A stretch of 64,000 bases of DNA. Origin: Lingula anatina. Its lineage: Eukaryota > Animalia > Brachiopoda. A model generated the notes under the pieces. The model worked only from the letters and a program-made list of their open reading frames with translations, had not been told where the DNA came from and made no database searches. This document shows, in pieces, positions 24,338-38,197 of the stretch. The stretch lies in assembly GCA_051362555.1 (NCBI GenBank), contig CM120641.1, positions 32,308,401 through 32,372,400 of the forward strand. The letters run 5' to 3'. The first letter of the stretch is position 1; each line of letters starts with the position of its first letter. A program made the position numbers and the translations under genes.

Positions 24338-27141
24338 GTAAGGCTACACTTAGGGCGTCCTTTTTCTGACTGGCCAGTTTAATCTTTTACAGGGTGGGGT
24401 CAATTTTATTAAATTTAATGCATTTATATTTTTATTCCCAATGTTAATACGAGCTTAGTTTGACGTTCACGTGCACATACTTACGGAAAATATCGAGTCA
24501 AGTCCTACGCTGTACCAGTGACAGTAAATGATAGAAGACTTCAAGTAGTATCATAAGTTCATCAGTGACTGATGGTTTCAATTTTTCTGCAGGCTCGGGG
24601 ATATACCTGAGATTAATATACTAATGGTATGTCAGACATTATGACTGTAGAAATATTTGTGGCTTAGTTATGTTTACAGAAAAAGTCTGTCGAAGAAGTA
24701 ATTTAATTTTTAATTTTCGACGATATGAAATAAAACGAAATAACATGCAAAAATATGTGATTTGACGTACGTTTTGTAACTTGGCAACATCTTAAAATGC
24801 AACATTGCTAGTATATTAATATCAACATCACTGAAGCTCTTAAACCCACTTTTAATATATTTAGGACAAAAACAAACATATTATAGTTATGTCTGATTCT
24901 TAGAACAGAAACACTTCAAGCTTAAGTCAACGAACAAATTCTTGCACACATCAGCCTAGTTGAGCCAAAGGCTTCTTGAACTTGGTTGAACTCTAGTCAC
25001 ATGTCAATAATACTGTGTGCTTGAATTTGTATCACATTTGCATGTCCGTATTCCCCATGTTTGTTTTAGAAATATGTTATATAATTAGCCACAAGCTGTG
25101 AGTATATGGTAGTTGTACAATTGTTGGATTTCCCTGGAACAATAGACCAAATCAATAACTTTCTCTTTATTGTTCAAAGGCCAGGGATAATACATGTTCA
25201 CATGGCTTTTCAAAATCCAAAAATTTTCTATCATCCAAAAATAAAAATTGGTATATTTTTTATGAGTAAGTGTAAAAGTTTTAATGATTAAGTGTAAAAG
25301 TTAAAACAAGCATGTAATCTTTATCATTTTGATCGTGTCATTTTTTTCATCAAAATTATTTACACCTTAAGCATCTTGGTATAATGTTAAATAGTTTCCT
25401 CATGAACCTGCCATCTGAAACTGAAGGCACTAGTTCACTTTTCTGTATCATATAAGGTGGCCTATGTATTAGCTTACTTTGATCAAAGTTTGAAATGGGC
25501 CATTCTAGCTCTTATAGTCCAGATTTTAAACATTAGGAAGAGCACCACCTAGCAGAGTACATATGATGATTTATACCCAAAGAACATATTTTGTCAGTCG
25601 TATATAACTTTTCATAAATTTCATTGCTGATTCTCGAGGTCATCATCTGGTCATCTGTTTATGTCATCGGACCCAAGTGGTCAAATCCTTATCATTTCCA
25701 TATACATTCATGTAAATAAAGAATATGCCATGGATTCCAGTACATGATCCATATTCATATGCTCTGCTACTTAGAGCATACTAATTATGTATAGCCAGGT
25801 CTGGCTAAAAGTGCAGGTTTAACTTCCAATTTGTTATCTTGATTAAACCATATTATTACCAAAGAAAAAGACTGCATTTCATTTAAATGCAAAGTGATGC
25901 ACAATTAAATTCTAGATATTAAAGGTGTTTCATCAGTTATTTAATTAACAGTAAGATGTACTCAGATGCATTCATTGCATACCTCCTTATATAGATAAGT
26001 TATTCTCTTGGAATGTCATTTGGAATTTTGAGACATCTTTTATTATCTGACCTGTACACAAGAGTGCATGATGCTCAAACCATTAAGGATATATATATAT
26101 CATATTAGCAACTGCAAAATTAAATTCTTTTGATGTCTATTTTTGTATATGGGTACAGAATGTGCCCTATGCATGATATACACCTATAACTTAGCTGTAC
26201 AGGTAACTTTTCTGTGACTGTGCACTTTTTTGTAAGATGAAGTGGTGGTTTTTACATTGTGTAAATTTTTATACAATTACTAGTACTATAAGAAGCCATA
26301 CAGATAAATATATATTTTCTCGATATAACCTAGTGTTTGCTATTCAAGATATGTTTCTTTTGAAGCATGTATTGGATGCAAATAATATAAAGCCAGTCCA
26401 GAAGTTTAATGATTAGGGATGTGCTATTGATTTTTCTATTGATTGGTAGTACCACTAATAAACTAGACAATATTTACCATGTTTGCTAGTTGATGCTGAA
26501 AAAAATGCACACAGGCACTCGCACACACACAAATATACACACATACACACTGAGTAGGTCTTCAAATGCTCTTTATTGTACCTACTATACACAATTTACT
26601 TGTAGAAATGGCCACATTCCATATTTCATTACCCTGACAGCCAGGGTGTATTTTATCAACTCACACCCAATTTATTTCAAAATATTGATCAAGTCCTTGT
26701 GTGAAAGCCAGCAAGCAGATCCTTGGTTGATTTTCTCCAGTACAGTAGGAAAGTGATGCCGTGTGTTTGAACTGTGACTGTACAGTCTGCAGTGTACTGA
26801 AGATTAAAGTGTGTGAAATTGAGGGTTTGAAAGAGAGAAAAAAAGTGAATAAAGCAAATGGTAAAGAGAAGCAACAGAGAAGGGGTTGTTAAGCTACCCA
26901 TGTTAATATTAAAACAATCTGGTGATTTTATGCATTGATAAGTCATAAGATATCTTTGAGGAAGCAGGTTCCCAGTTTTAGAGCAGTGTCATTACAATGT
27001 CTCCCAGAAATCCAGGGGAGAGAATCATGAAGAAAAACCTATTTTTATCAGGGTGGCTGGTATTATGACACATTTTCCAAAGTTTGACAATTTTTGCCAT
27101 ATTTAGCCAGAGACATAAAGTCTGTAAAGTCTTGGTTGTTG

Positions 27142-27284
27142 CATGGGTAAAAGTTCTCAGGATTATGCCTGATTCCAGGATTTATCTGTCTTCATTTCAA
27201 TCATTTTTTTTCATATGATATAAATACAATGAAAAATTGCTAGCTACAATTTCAGGATTTGCAGTTTTTACAACTTCACCCATG
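27142..27284. mobile_element. Small MITE
   Basis: Imperfect TIRs CATGGGTAAAAGTT...AACTTCACCCATG; flanks TTGTTG / TTATTG. Confidence 0.5.
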
Positions 27285-28649
27285 TTATTGTGTGTGGTTT
27301 TGAATAAGGATGGAGCATCTGTTATCACTGGCCAACTGGAGAGGTCACTTTTTGCCCATGGGGTCAATTTGGAAGCAGCAGTTATGCAATTGCAATTAAT
27401 TTCCCAATTAAGATAAATGCTTCTGATTGCTTAATTAATTGGGTTCAATTGAGGGAGGAATGGCTTGGGTCCTGAGAGGCTTGCCATATTCCTTGCTTTA
27501 AAGTTACTGGAAAATGTATGTAAATTCACACATTTGGTAAACTAATGAAATTCTTGAAAGTTGTGTTGTATGCAGGTAGCTCAAGTGATATATTTTGCTG
27601 TATATTGGGAATTAAAAAAAAAAAAACCCATATTATGATAACCTGATAATGTTTGTTGTATGGATGGAAACTAATGCCTTACTGGAGCATTTAGGTTTTT
27701 GATTTTCACAAATCAATTTTTTCATGTGAAAAAATGTCTATCTGTAGCCAAATTTTTGGTTATAAATGTACGGGCAGGAATAGCATGTTTAAAAACCACA
27801 GCTTCTGTTGTGCAATATTGTAACAATGCAACCAAACCTGGAAATTTAGTCTCGAACTAATTTGTTTATTGAAGAATCTATTGAGCCATATAATCGATTT
27901 GAGTGTGAAAGTTATCAGAAAATCTAGCTCTAAATCAACGCGATAAGATTGTATCAGCAGTAAGAAGTAGCTGGCTTGTAGGCAGCATTCTGTTCAAATT
28001 CGTTGATTGAGACTTAACATTTCTACCTGGTATAATGCTTGGTAAACACTACTTTCTCATGCACAAATACAGTGGAATTGTACAAGCCTTTTCACTTCTT
28101 GTGAGGATTATTTGTTTACTATTGGGGGCATATGTGGGGTGAGAGTGTATCTTTGCATGTGAAGTTAAATTAAGCTAACTTTTTATGCATTCATACTTTG
28201 CTCTGGTGGCTAAATACAAAATGCAGTAAAAGCTAATGGTGGCTTGTGTAATAAGTTTTATTGAGTTGGTAATTATATACTTTTTTATCCAAAAGGATGA
28301 GAATGTTTAAAAATCAAAATGTTTCTTCAGACTTACAGCCTATTTAAATCTCTAAAATGCTCCACTGCCAAGGCTTTCCCCAGAGACCCATCCAGCCATC
28401 ATTTGGATGGCCATAAGCCTCAAAAGACATCCATATTTCCAAAGACAGCTGAAGGGTCTAAAAAAATTTTGGGTTGGTTGGTTGAGCTTGCTTGGGCTGG
28501 ACTCCCTGTAAATCTAGACCAAATTAGCGATTCACATTTTGGACTCCCTGCACCCCAAATCTTAATGAAACCCCTGGCACTGCTTAAGTTTTGTTTGTGA
28601 TATTACAGCAATTGTACAAAGAGAGTTTAGAGGAGAATGTGTATGTGAT

Positions 28650-28900
28650 AGATACAATACGAGTCGCCGAGCTGTACGTGAAATAGTACGAGTGTATTGG
28701 CGAGCCGCAGGCGAGACAATACACGAGTAATTTTCACGTACAGCTCGGCGACGAGTGTTGTATCTGGCTTAAACCACGGCCTCTGATTGGCTACTACACT
28801 AGTAGTGCAACAGACCGTGGAACGCACTCGTACATGACGTGCTTGTATGTCGAATACAGCACGGTGGAGTCTTTTGTTCTACGCACTAGCCGTGGTTTAA
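28650..28900 (+). mobile_element. Palindromic non-autonomous element (possibly Crypton-like): long hairpin plus a second inverted-repeat module
   Basis: Arms 28650-28706 and 28710-28765 around a GCA loop; perfect 12-bp IR TTAAACCACGGC (28769-28780) / GCCGTGGTTTAA (28889-28900); CpG-rich relative to the intron. The superfamily assignment is from recalled resemblance only. Confidence 0.6.
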
Positions 28901-30336
28901 ATATAGGGTACAGACTTGATATCTGTCGAACAACAACTTACACACTTGATACCACCTTTCAACTCAGTTCCTCCTTTGACACTGGGATCAAGTCTTACTA
29001 CCTGAAGCTAAGGTCTAAGGCCCACTTATGATTCCTTTATTTCATATCAAGAGCATTGTCTGCAGATTGGTACTTGATCTCATGGAGTTTGACATGAAGG
29101 ATATTTTTATTTCTTTGCAAGTCTAGGGTAGTACTAAAAGAACTGGTATTATATAATTCTTTGCAGAATGGTAAATGGTCAATATCCATTATTGGATAAC
29201 TTTGTCAGTGATTGTAGGAGATATGCCTATTTACCGTCAATGAAGGAAAATTGAAATGGCAGTCAGACATAGGGATAACACGAGGGGACACTAATCCTCT
29301 TAAACTGTCCTGTTTGAGAGGTAGGCAGGACCTGGTCTATGTCATTTGATAAAATGGTGAAGGAATATTTAAACCTCCTTTGTTCTGAGTACTAATCGTG
29401 GGCACTTCAAGTTACACCCAGACATGAAGTTGTTGATAATTTGTATGTAGCCTCAGACCAGCCTTTATTTGGACAACTAGGAAGGGCTGATCTAGATAAA
29501 TAGTTTCGAAAATGCTTTTAAGCATTCAAAAAAATATGCTGATTTGGCATAAGAAACTGTTAAATATTTGTTATGCTTTTCGGTATTTATTTAAATTGGT
29601 TCAAAATTTTGGATCATTTTGAAAAAATTATGGTAAAAAGAAATTCCATCTCAGAGTGAGCCGTGCAGATGCCTTACATAGTCCCCCTTGCCTAAGAACA
29701 GAAAGCTGATTCAGTTAATTTTCCGAATTGCTGACAACCTACATTTTCTGCATTGTATGATTTCTTAGTGAAACATGATTTATTTTCAGATTTTTCTGCA
29801 GTTTATATGTGCAATACAGAATTATTATTTTATCTTTGATTAACGGGTACTCTGTGTTAGTATTTTATGAAGTATTAAGACTTATTTTAGATAAAGTGTG
29901 ACTGTCTCCTTGTTTTGACTTTCTCCTTGCAGTTTTTTAAATTTAAGGTTGAGATCTTTAGAAATGTAACTGTAAGTTAGAGAAGTTCTTCCAGTGAACA
30001 AGTGAATTTTGCAAAATGAAGTCAAGTCCTGTGCATGTAGACCCACCCTTTCTTGATTTTTTCTTATTATATGTGATTCCTTAAAATGGACTGCAAATGT
30101 GCACAATTACTACAAAAACAAATCCCTCACTTACTCCACATTGTTATTTCACTATTTTGTCAGCCTTTCATTACAAATTCTGCCCTTTACTTTGTTACTC
30201 TACTTAAATTATAAAATCAGATTACAGTGCAACTGACCTAGGATAGTCTATATGGTGGTGGTATTATGTACATGTAAAGATTTATTGGAAGGGTATGTAG
30301 GAACCACTGTTTGAAGTCCCGTTTCATTTGTTCCAG

Positions 30337-30424
30337 GTGTGTTCCTACGTCTAGAAGAGAGGGCGCTGGCTGGTCCTAACTATGACCAACTGGACGTAGA
30401 CTTCTTTGGCATATTCAACACAAG
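30337..30424 (+). other. Putative non-coding (5' UTR) exon of DAAM
   Basis: Acceptor TTTGTTCCAG and strong donor AAG|GTAAGC bracket an 88-nt, locally GC-richer block; contains a mini uORF ATG ACC AAC TGG ACG TAG. Confidence 0.5.
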
Positions 30425-31421
30425 GTAAGCATGTTGTCTTGTTTTTGCTTTGATTTCCGAACTGTTTTCTGGGTGTTTGGTTAGCAGTGACTGTTACATG
30501 CTATGGTAGCTCTTTCCCGTTCTTTCTTTACTTTAATAATAATAATAATAATGATCATTTTTACCAACATTTGTTTATTGTGAAGACAGTTAAATAGTTA
30601 AATTCAAGTTAAGTGTTTAAAAGAAGCTTTGCATGTAGCCAAAGTTAAAAGAAATGACACATTTAAATGAAATGAGTTGCAGGTATTATGGATTATGTCA
30701 TAAAAAAGTGCCAGTGAAAAAATCGACTTTGATCACTTGATGGGGGGCCACATTAGCTTATTTCTTGGTTGGTTTATTTATGAAACAAAAGTGAAAACTA
30801 GTCACACTGACTAGTTACTAGAGATCTTAGTTATATTTCATTTTTTTCTTTGGCAAAGGTAAACTACCTCTTAGGCTATAGATACAAATTTGATATGCAA
30901 GTCTTAGTCTAGACCAGATGTCCAAGAATGTCCACCTCTGTCATCAGCAGTGGGACAGGTGTTGGTTGACATATATCAGGTCAGTTTATTAACTGGTATG
31001 TGTCTGATGACAGTTCTTTAATGGTCTGACCTCTGGATAAACATCTCGGCTTAAAAGGCAGTCACCATCAAGAAGAGTGACAACAAGAGGCTGCTGTTGT
31101 ATCTTTTTATCGTCTCTGAGGGAAAGGTGAGGAGGGTGTCTCCATAACTGATGTACATACCTTGTCATCTTGTGGATTATAATGTCAGGAGTTCACTTCG
31201 AGGTGTTAGCTTTCATGTTTGGCCATTTAGCTTGTTACTTGTGTGTAGTGTGACTGTGTACTTTTGTTTGGCACAAACAGGTGTTTTTTTATCATGGAAA
31301 GAATAGCCGTATTTGTTGGCTCTGCAAACAGGTGCTTGTGGATTGTTAGAGAAATATTTTTGCAGCTTTTGAAGTTGTCATTGCATTTTATAAGAGCATT
31401 GTTATCTCTTTCTCTCTCTCT

Positions 31422-31424
<3 letters not shown>

Positions 31425-31484
<60 letters not shown>
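31425..31484. repeat. Compound (CA)n(GA)n microsatellite
   Basis: Directly visible. Confidence 0.9.
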
Positions 31485-31488
<4 letters not shown>

Positions 31489-32042
31489 GATTCCATCAAA
31501 GACAACACGTTCCCCCATTATAATGCAGAAACAAAGACATAACTGTGAGCCATTCTTTGAGTTGGACATGCAACATTTCTAGAATAACATGAGCACAATG
31601 CTTGCCCTGTGAAACACACTGAAAGATGTTCTTATATTGGTAGTCTAACACACACACTCACCATTGACTTCTGTTTGAGAAATATGCTCTGGAGACATCT
31701 GAAAACTATATACAAGTGATAACCAACATTAAAAGGTAAACTATGAAACTTCATATTAACAACAATTTTTTTATGCACCCTAGTAAGTGTGTTAATAGGA
31801 ACAGAGGTTAATTGTTAGGCCAATTATCATAAAATGTTTCTATTATGCTAGTGCCTATATAATAATGGGTATCAGATTGCTCTTTCTTTTTATTGGCAAT
31901 TAGGTTGCTACTTAGATAGGCCAGAGGTGCCATGATTGAGATTTAATGCGGTGTCTAGGTGGAGCTTTTACAGTGTATTAATTAAGGCAGAAAACTGGGG
32001 AAAGGATAGGTACCCAGTATATGGTATGTTATGACTGCTTGA

Positions 32043-32142
<100 letters not shown>

Positions 32143-33718
32143 AGTAGTTACTGTTACATATGGATTACTAGTAGATCTGATATTTTAATATCTGAAGTTT
32201 GGCATTAGGCCCCCTTTAGTAAATTAATCTACCATTTTAGGTTTCCAAATATGAAAATATTATTCAGATGGATAATTCAATTTACAAGACAATGCTGATA
32301 ACAAATATAAGGCATCTGTATTATTTCAGTAGCTAATTATGCTGAATACTGACTTTGAAATGTGTTGGTAATGTAACCAAGGTGTAAGAAAAGAATTTTT
32401 ATTGAATATTTTAAATGTGCCCTTCTTTCATGGTTCTTGAACAGGTTTCACCTTTCCTTATGGTTTTCTCATTTTTTTGTCAAGGTATGTTGGTAATAAT
32501 AATGAAAAACTTAAATATATTTGATGATTGTCGTAAATAAATCTGTATGAACAAATATTCACCAAGTATGCCTGTTTACACATGCACATACCTTCAAACC
32601 CTTACGATTACCTCTGTATATAAAAACAAAAAATAGCCATAAAAATCCGGATGCTAGTATTAATCTACAAGTGTCTCATTTAACATTAAGTGGCCCTTAA
32701 AGGTACATATAGTATTATGGTTAGAATAAGTAGTTGCCATTTACATGTACTTGATGGTGAGATTTATGCTCCCTTTGAGAGTTCATTAAAACACCATAAG
32801 AAGAGTGCGGTTTTGTGATTTGAAATACAGATTTTGACTTATAGACTTGGGATTTATAGGGCAGAAACTTGGCTAGATCACGTTTTGCATATTGTTTGAT
32901 AATTATGCTATGATCTCTTGTGACAGGGAGTTGCAATGGCAGCCTGCTGAAAGATTGAGTATATAAGGCTGCAGTTTTATTATGTATGGAGCTAACATTT
33001 AAAAAATACCATTATTAGAAATATTCAAAGAACATATTAAAAGTATTTTCATGGCCATTTAACACATTACTTTTCTGGAGTAGTTATTATATATGCATGA
33101 ACAAAAAAGTATCATATTTGCTGATCTTACCTTTGTCTTGGTCAGTTTGATTATTGGTAGAAGCATTTTGCACCTCAGTTTTATTATTCAACACACAGTT
33201 TTGTGTCTTTAAGGATGAATACCCCATCATATACCTGAGGACATATAGCCATAAAATAACACTATGAATAATAAATATGGAGATTTAATGTCAAATTTAT
33301 GATAAGATTTTGCATCTTCCTCAACAAAAGGTCATTAAATAATTTGATGCATAATCAGATCTTGCTATTACTGTTTGAAAAGTTTTAAAATTTACTGTAG
33401 TAAGAACAAAAGCTTACAGCATTTACAAATTAAGAAGAGAAAGCAGAGACAATGTCATGATTGTCAAGTGGCAACATGTCCAGTACTATTTGTTTAGCAA
33501 ATATGTGGGATATTTGTGGAAAAAAGAGTGCAGTCGTGTGACATTGGTGCGTATCATATCACACATATATCATCATGTTTGATGGACATAGATGTCACAT
33601 CTCTCTGCACCTCTCCTTGTTTTCTCCCCTCTCTCACCCCCTGAATACTACAGTACCCCTGTGAAAATTTGTCTCATTTAACGTTCGCTTACGGTTCTCA
33701 ATCTATTCTAGAACATTT

Positions 33719-33719
<1 letters not shown>

Positions 33720-33788
<69 letters not shown>
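33720..33788. repeat. (GT)n microsatellite
   Basis: Directly visible. Confidence 0.95.
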
Positions 33789-33792
<4 letters not shown>

Positions 33793-33976
33793 TTTTTTTT
33801 TTTACAGTTCTAATGTTGTTAATGTTTTTGGGAACTGTTTTTGGGAAGTCCTTCAGAATGTCCTAGAACAGATTAAGAACATTTTTCATTTAAAGAGAAA
33901 AACATTAGGACAGATTGAGAATTTTAAGTGAGTGTTAAATGAGACAAATTTTCATGGGGGTAGTATATGGATGGCC

Positions 33977-34700
33977 CAGTAGCAGCTACAGAGTACAGCG
34001 TTATATCACATGTTTGTCAACATCTCTCATCTCTCTGCACCTGCCATATTTGGCTTCCCACCCTATCCTTATTTCTGTTGTTAGGGGAAAAAATAAGGAA
34101 GCATTGGAAACTGACTTATTTATTTAACGCCCCCCTCCAATCCAAAAAAGAAAAAAGTGACAGAATCCTCTGCACCTCTCTCATCTTTTCTCTTTCACCT
34201 ATAAATACTGTAGTATATAAACAGTAGCAGCGACAGAGTACAGTGTTATATCACATGTTTGTCAACATCTCTCTCCATCTGTCACATGTCAACTGGACCT
34301 TAAATTTGCATTCCTCCAAATGACATTGATGGTATCATGGACCGATGGGACAGTTAAGCATTCAGTTGTGATGTTTACCTTCAGAAAAAACAAACAAACA
34401 AACAAGCAAACAAACAAACAAACAAACAAACAAACAATTAAACAAATAAAACATAATAAAGTTCTGTCTATGACTTTAAGCTATCAAGGATCGTCTTTTG
34501 ATAAAATGTCAATCACTTAACCTCAGATTACTGGATAATATTTGGATCTCTTCACTGCAATATTCAGCTTCCCACCCCATCCTTATTTCTGTTTTTAGGG
34601 GAAAATCAATTACTGGAAACAGACATTTATTTTATCACTCCCCCCCCCCCCCCCCAAAAAAAAAAGGAAGAAAAAGATAGAATCCTCATATTATTTAACC
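33977..34700. repeat. Mosaic local direct duplications
   Basis: CAGTAGCAGC-ACAGAGTACAG-GTTATATCACATGTTTGTCAACATCTCTC at 33977 and 34222; TCCCACCC-ATCCTTATTTCTGTT-TTAGGGGAAAA at ~34056 and ~34570. Confidence 0.8.
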
Positions 34701-37700
34701 TAACCCAATTTTTTTTTTTTTTTTTTTTTTTTTTTGAGATGAGATTAAATAAAAGCTTGTCTGGTGCTCTCAGTGCTATTTGATGAGAGAGATAGAGAGG
34801 GAGAGAGAGAGAGTAATCCCCATCATTCTGGTTCATAGTTCCACCTTACATCAGGTACTCTCTGTACTCCTAGTCCTATGTGCTCCATCATCTGGCCACT
34901 GACTCCACATACCTGGTCATTGTCCCTGCTGTTATCATGAAAGGAAAGAGAGATACACTTGGCATATTGTCAATGTGATTATCATGAAAACATCGGGCCA
35001 CTGGATAGCTCTCTAGGAGACACTGGAGTACTCAAGGAGGCTCACCATCATAATGGCCAGAAAACTTTGGGTCAGTTGTAGGGTCACTTAGATGTGGTGT
35101 TTAGTGGACATTTTGCTACAGATGTAATAAGGATTAAGGAACACCTGAGACTGTGGACATTGGGGCATTTAACACTGTAGAAAAGAACAGGTGAATGTGT
35201 TATTTCATAAGCTCGGTCAGGAGTTTGTGGTCTCCTGTTGTTTGGTTTCACAGAGATCATTCCATTGTTATAAATTAATTATGATGATTATTTAGGTTTT
35301 TCATGGTATTCAGTATTTATTTATTGCAATAACAGTTGGTCTTTTAATTAAGCTAAGGTAAGGTGGAGGTGATTTACTACATATTATATTATTGGTTTTA
35401 TTATAAATGAATCTCAATAATGACCCCACTTTAAAAATGATTTTCCATCCAGTTTTCTTCAAACAAGCAGTGTTAATGCTTCAGCTCACAGTTTTCACCT
35501 GACAGGTTAAGGGGAGTATTAATTTGTATCTTAATGTGTGTTTTAATGTCACAGGTGTTGCCAAACCAGTCTGACTTATAAACACTATAGTGGTAGAAGT
35601 ATATATATACCTGTGTGTGTGTATTTGTGGCGGGGCTCTATTATTCCTGAGTCACACACATGAAATACTTTATAGTGTGGGTTCCCTTAACAGTGTATGT
35701 GCACAATTGAAGGGAGGAAGAGGATTTGGAAATCTGAGAATGAAACCATACCTGCTATTTTGGCATAAAGTACTGGTAAAGGAAAACCTTTAATCGAGGA
35801 TTAACCATGGTAAGTTGTGGACTTAGATTTAGACCACTAGTAGGAGCTGTATTTCGAAATGTTTTCATTGTTCTGAAGAGAGTAGCAGTGCACTTTACCA
35901 AGTTGAACATGGTGACCAGTTCTTATGACATGTGGCCAGCAGATTTTTAGGCATATGAAAAGTCTTGCTGGTTCCGAAAAGAAAGAAAAAAATTATTATT
36001 ATTTTAAAAAGAAAGGGAGTACATTAAGATGAACAACTAAACAATTACTAGATCATAATATAAGGGTAGTGCCCAGACCATCACTTTAAGCTTACCTGAA
36101 GAGGACATTTGTTCATATCTAGTTAAATGTAAATGACATAGTGTGTAGACCAGGTATTAAAACACCAAGACCTAGGTTTACAAGATTTCTGTCATCTTAT
36201 TAAAAGTCTTGTACTGATATTGAGACAATGTACATTCTCTGTGTACTTCGATAGTGTCATGAACATTAAATGTCATGTTGCAACTTGAGGCAGGACCTTG
36301 TACATGTATGACATGAGATTTACAGAGATTAAGATGAATGACAGTAGAAGGTGTGCACCTTGTTAAAGTTTGCTTTGTCTAGATCTTAGATGTAGTCAGT
36401 TTTTTGTGTGTATACAGTTTTTTTTAAGTTCTGTAGGTTGCTTGCTGTACATATCATCCAGATATATATGGCTGTGAATATTTTTGTGCTCTCTCTCTTT
36501 TTTTCTTTCTCTCTCAAAACAATCATTCATTTATATGTACACATGTAGAGACTATAGCACATCATTGTGGAGAATTATTTGGGAGACACTTATTTTATAG
36601 CTTTATTTTTATTAACCATAAAGTTTTTGTACAATCTTGAGTAATAGCTTTGTTTTGGAAAAATTCTCATAAATTTTGTACGCAGTTTTCATGTTGTGGC
36701 TTTGAGAATTAATATTTATTCTTATCTCCAATAATAACATTTTAATTTTTTATTATTTTTCATTGCTTTTCCATTTAATATAGGAAGAGTTGAAAGCTTA
36801 ATTGAGTAGGGCTTTATCAATTTTTTATAGCTGATGATATCCCTTATAGGTCTTTTTAATGCATAGGTTATGGCTCAATAATTTCAACTGGGCAAATTAT
36901 GAATTTTACAGAAACTGTATTTTTTCTAAAGTATTAAATTCTCAAAATTATTAAGGAGTAGCAACACAATCGAAGAACAACCTACCTAACAGTTCTGCTC
37001 TATATAGTAAAAGCATCAAAATGCTATACAGAAATGTAATTTAAATGATTCCAAAGTTATGTATCTGAAAAATTGATACTTTTTCCTGGTTGAAACGATC
37101 AATCCATTACTATACGTGGAAGTTCCTGGTGTAGCCTAGGTTAGCGATTCAAGTATACTGATGGCCTTAGGTAGACAGTCATAGTGTGATGATGGGCTGT
37201 AATTTTTCAGATCTGTCAAAAAGGGGAAGAGAAATTAAATTGAATTTCTTTAGAATTTAGATACATTATAATGATGAGGATGTCTTCTGTCTTCCAGACT
37301 CAAAAATATATTGTCTAAAAATGCCTGTAGTCGTGCTCAGGGGGGTTTAGAAATAAAGTGGTTTCTTTTTGAATCACTGGAACTTAATCAAGATAAGTTA
37401 AGGATGGTGGTGTTGCATTTGATATGTATGACGAGAAAAGGGGTCCCTTGCTGATAACACCTTCTGTGGTGCTTTGATTGAAATCTTAGGCTCAGTTTTG
37501 ACACGAATCATTTGGAACCACTGCTTCAGTAAGTACAGTGTAGAAATTTAATTTGCTTCCATAGTTGAAGTTTTGTAAATAAGAAGTGTGTGTGGGGGGG
37601 GTGGATTCTCCCTTTCCCACCCCTCTGATCATGTCAGTGTTGATATCACAACTTTGTATCTAGTTTTGGGAGCAAGTTTTACAGCATGCTTGTGACTGAA

Positions 37701-38028
37701 ATGAGAAATATATGCGACATCCAGTGATGAGCAAGGGTTTGACAAAGCAAATAGATTTTCATTGTAAACTTTAATTATCTCAAAAATTATTTTGTTCAAG
37801 TGTGAAACCAGTGCGGTAATTTGTAGAGCTTCTCTTTCCCTTGATTGGTAGTTCTCATGCAAGTAGGAGGTACAAGTTTCTGTTTTTACCTGTTACCACA
37901 TTGTTTACTCCTATCTCTCTCTCTCTCTCTCTCCCCCCTCCCAGTACTGGGGGAATATACACTGTAGATCTATATGTAGTCATAACATGGTACATCTTTA
38001 TGACTGGCCCTTGAAGGTGTACCTAAGT

Positions 38029-38197
38029 CAGGCACGTAGCCAGCAATTTCAAAAGGGGGGTTCTTTTTCTGAAAAAGTGGACCTTTTTCCATAAAAACTT
38101 CATTTACCTAGATCAAATTTTACCCAGAGTGGACCTTTTCCCAGCAAAAGGGGCGGTTCTTTTGAACCCCCCGAACCCCCCCCTGGCTACGGGCCTG
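38029..38197 (-). mobile_element. MITE with CAGGC(C/A)CGTAGCCAG TIRs and a 5-bp TSD (copy 1)
   Basis: CAGGCACGTAGCCAG...CTGGCTACGGGCCTG; TAAGT on both sides; reverse complement of the copy at 49513-49679. Confidence 0.8.
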
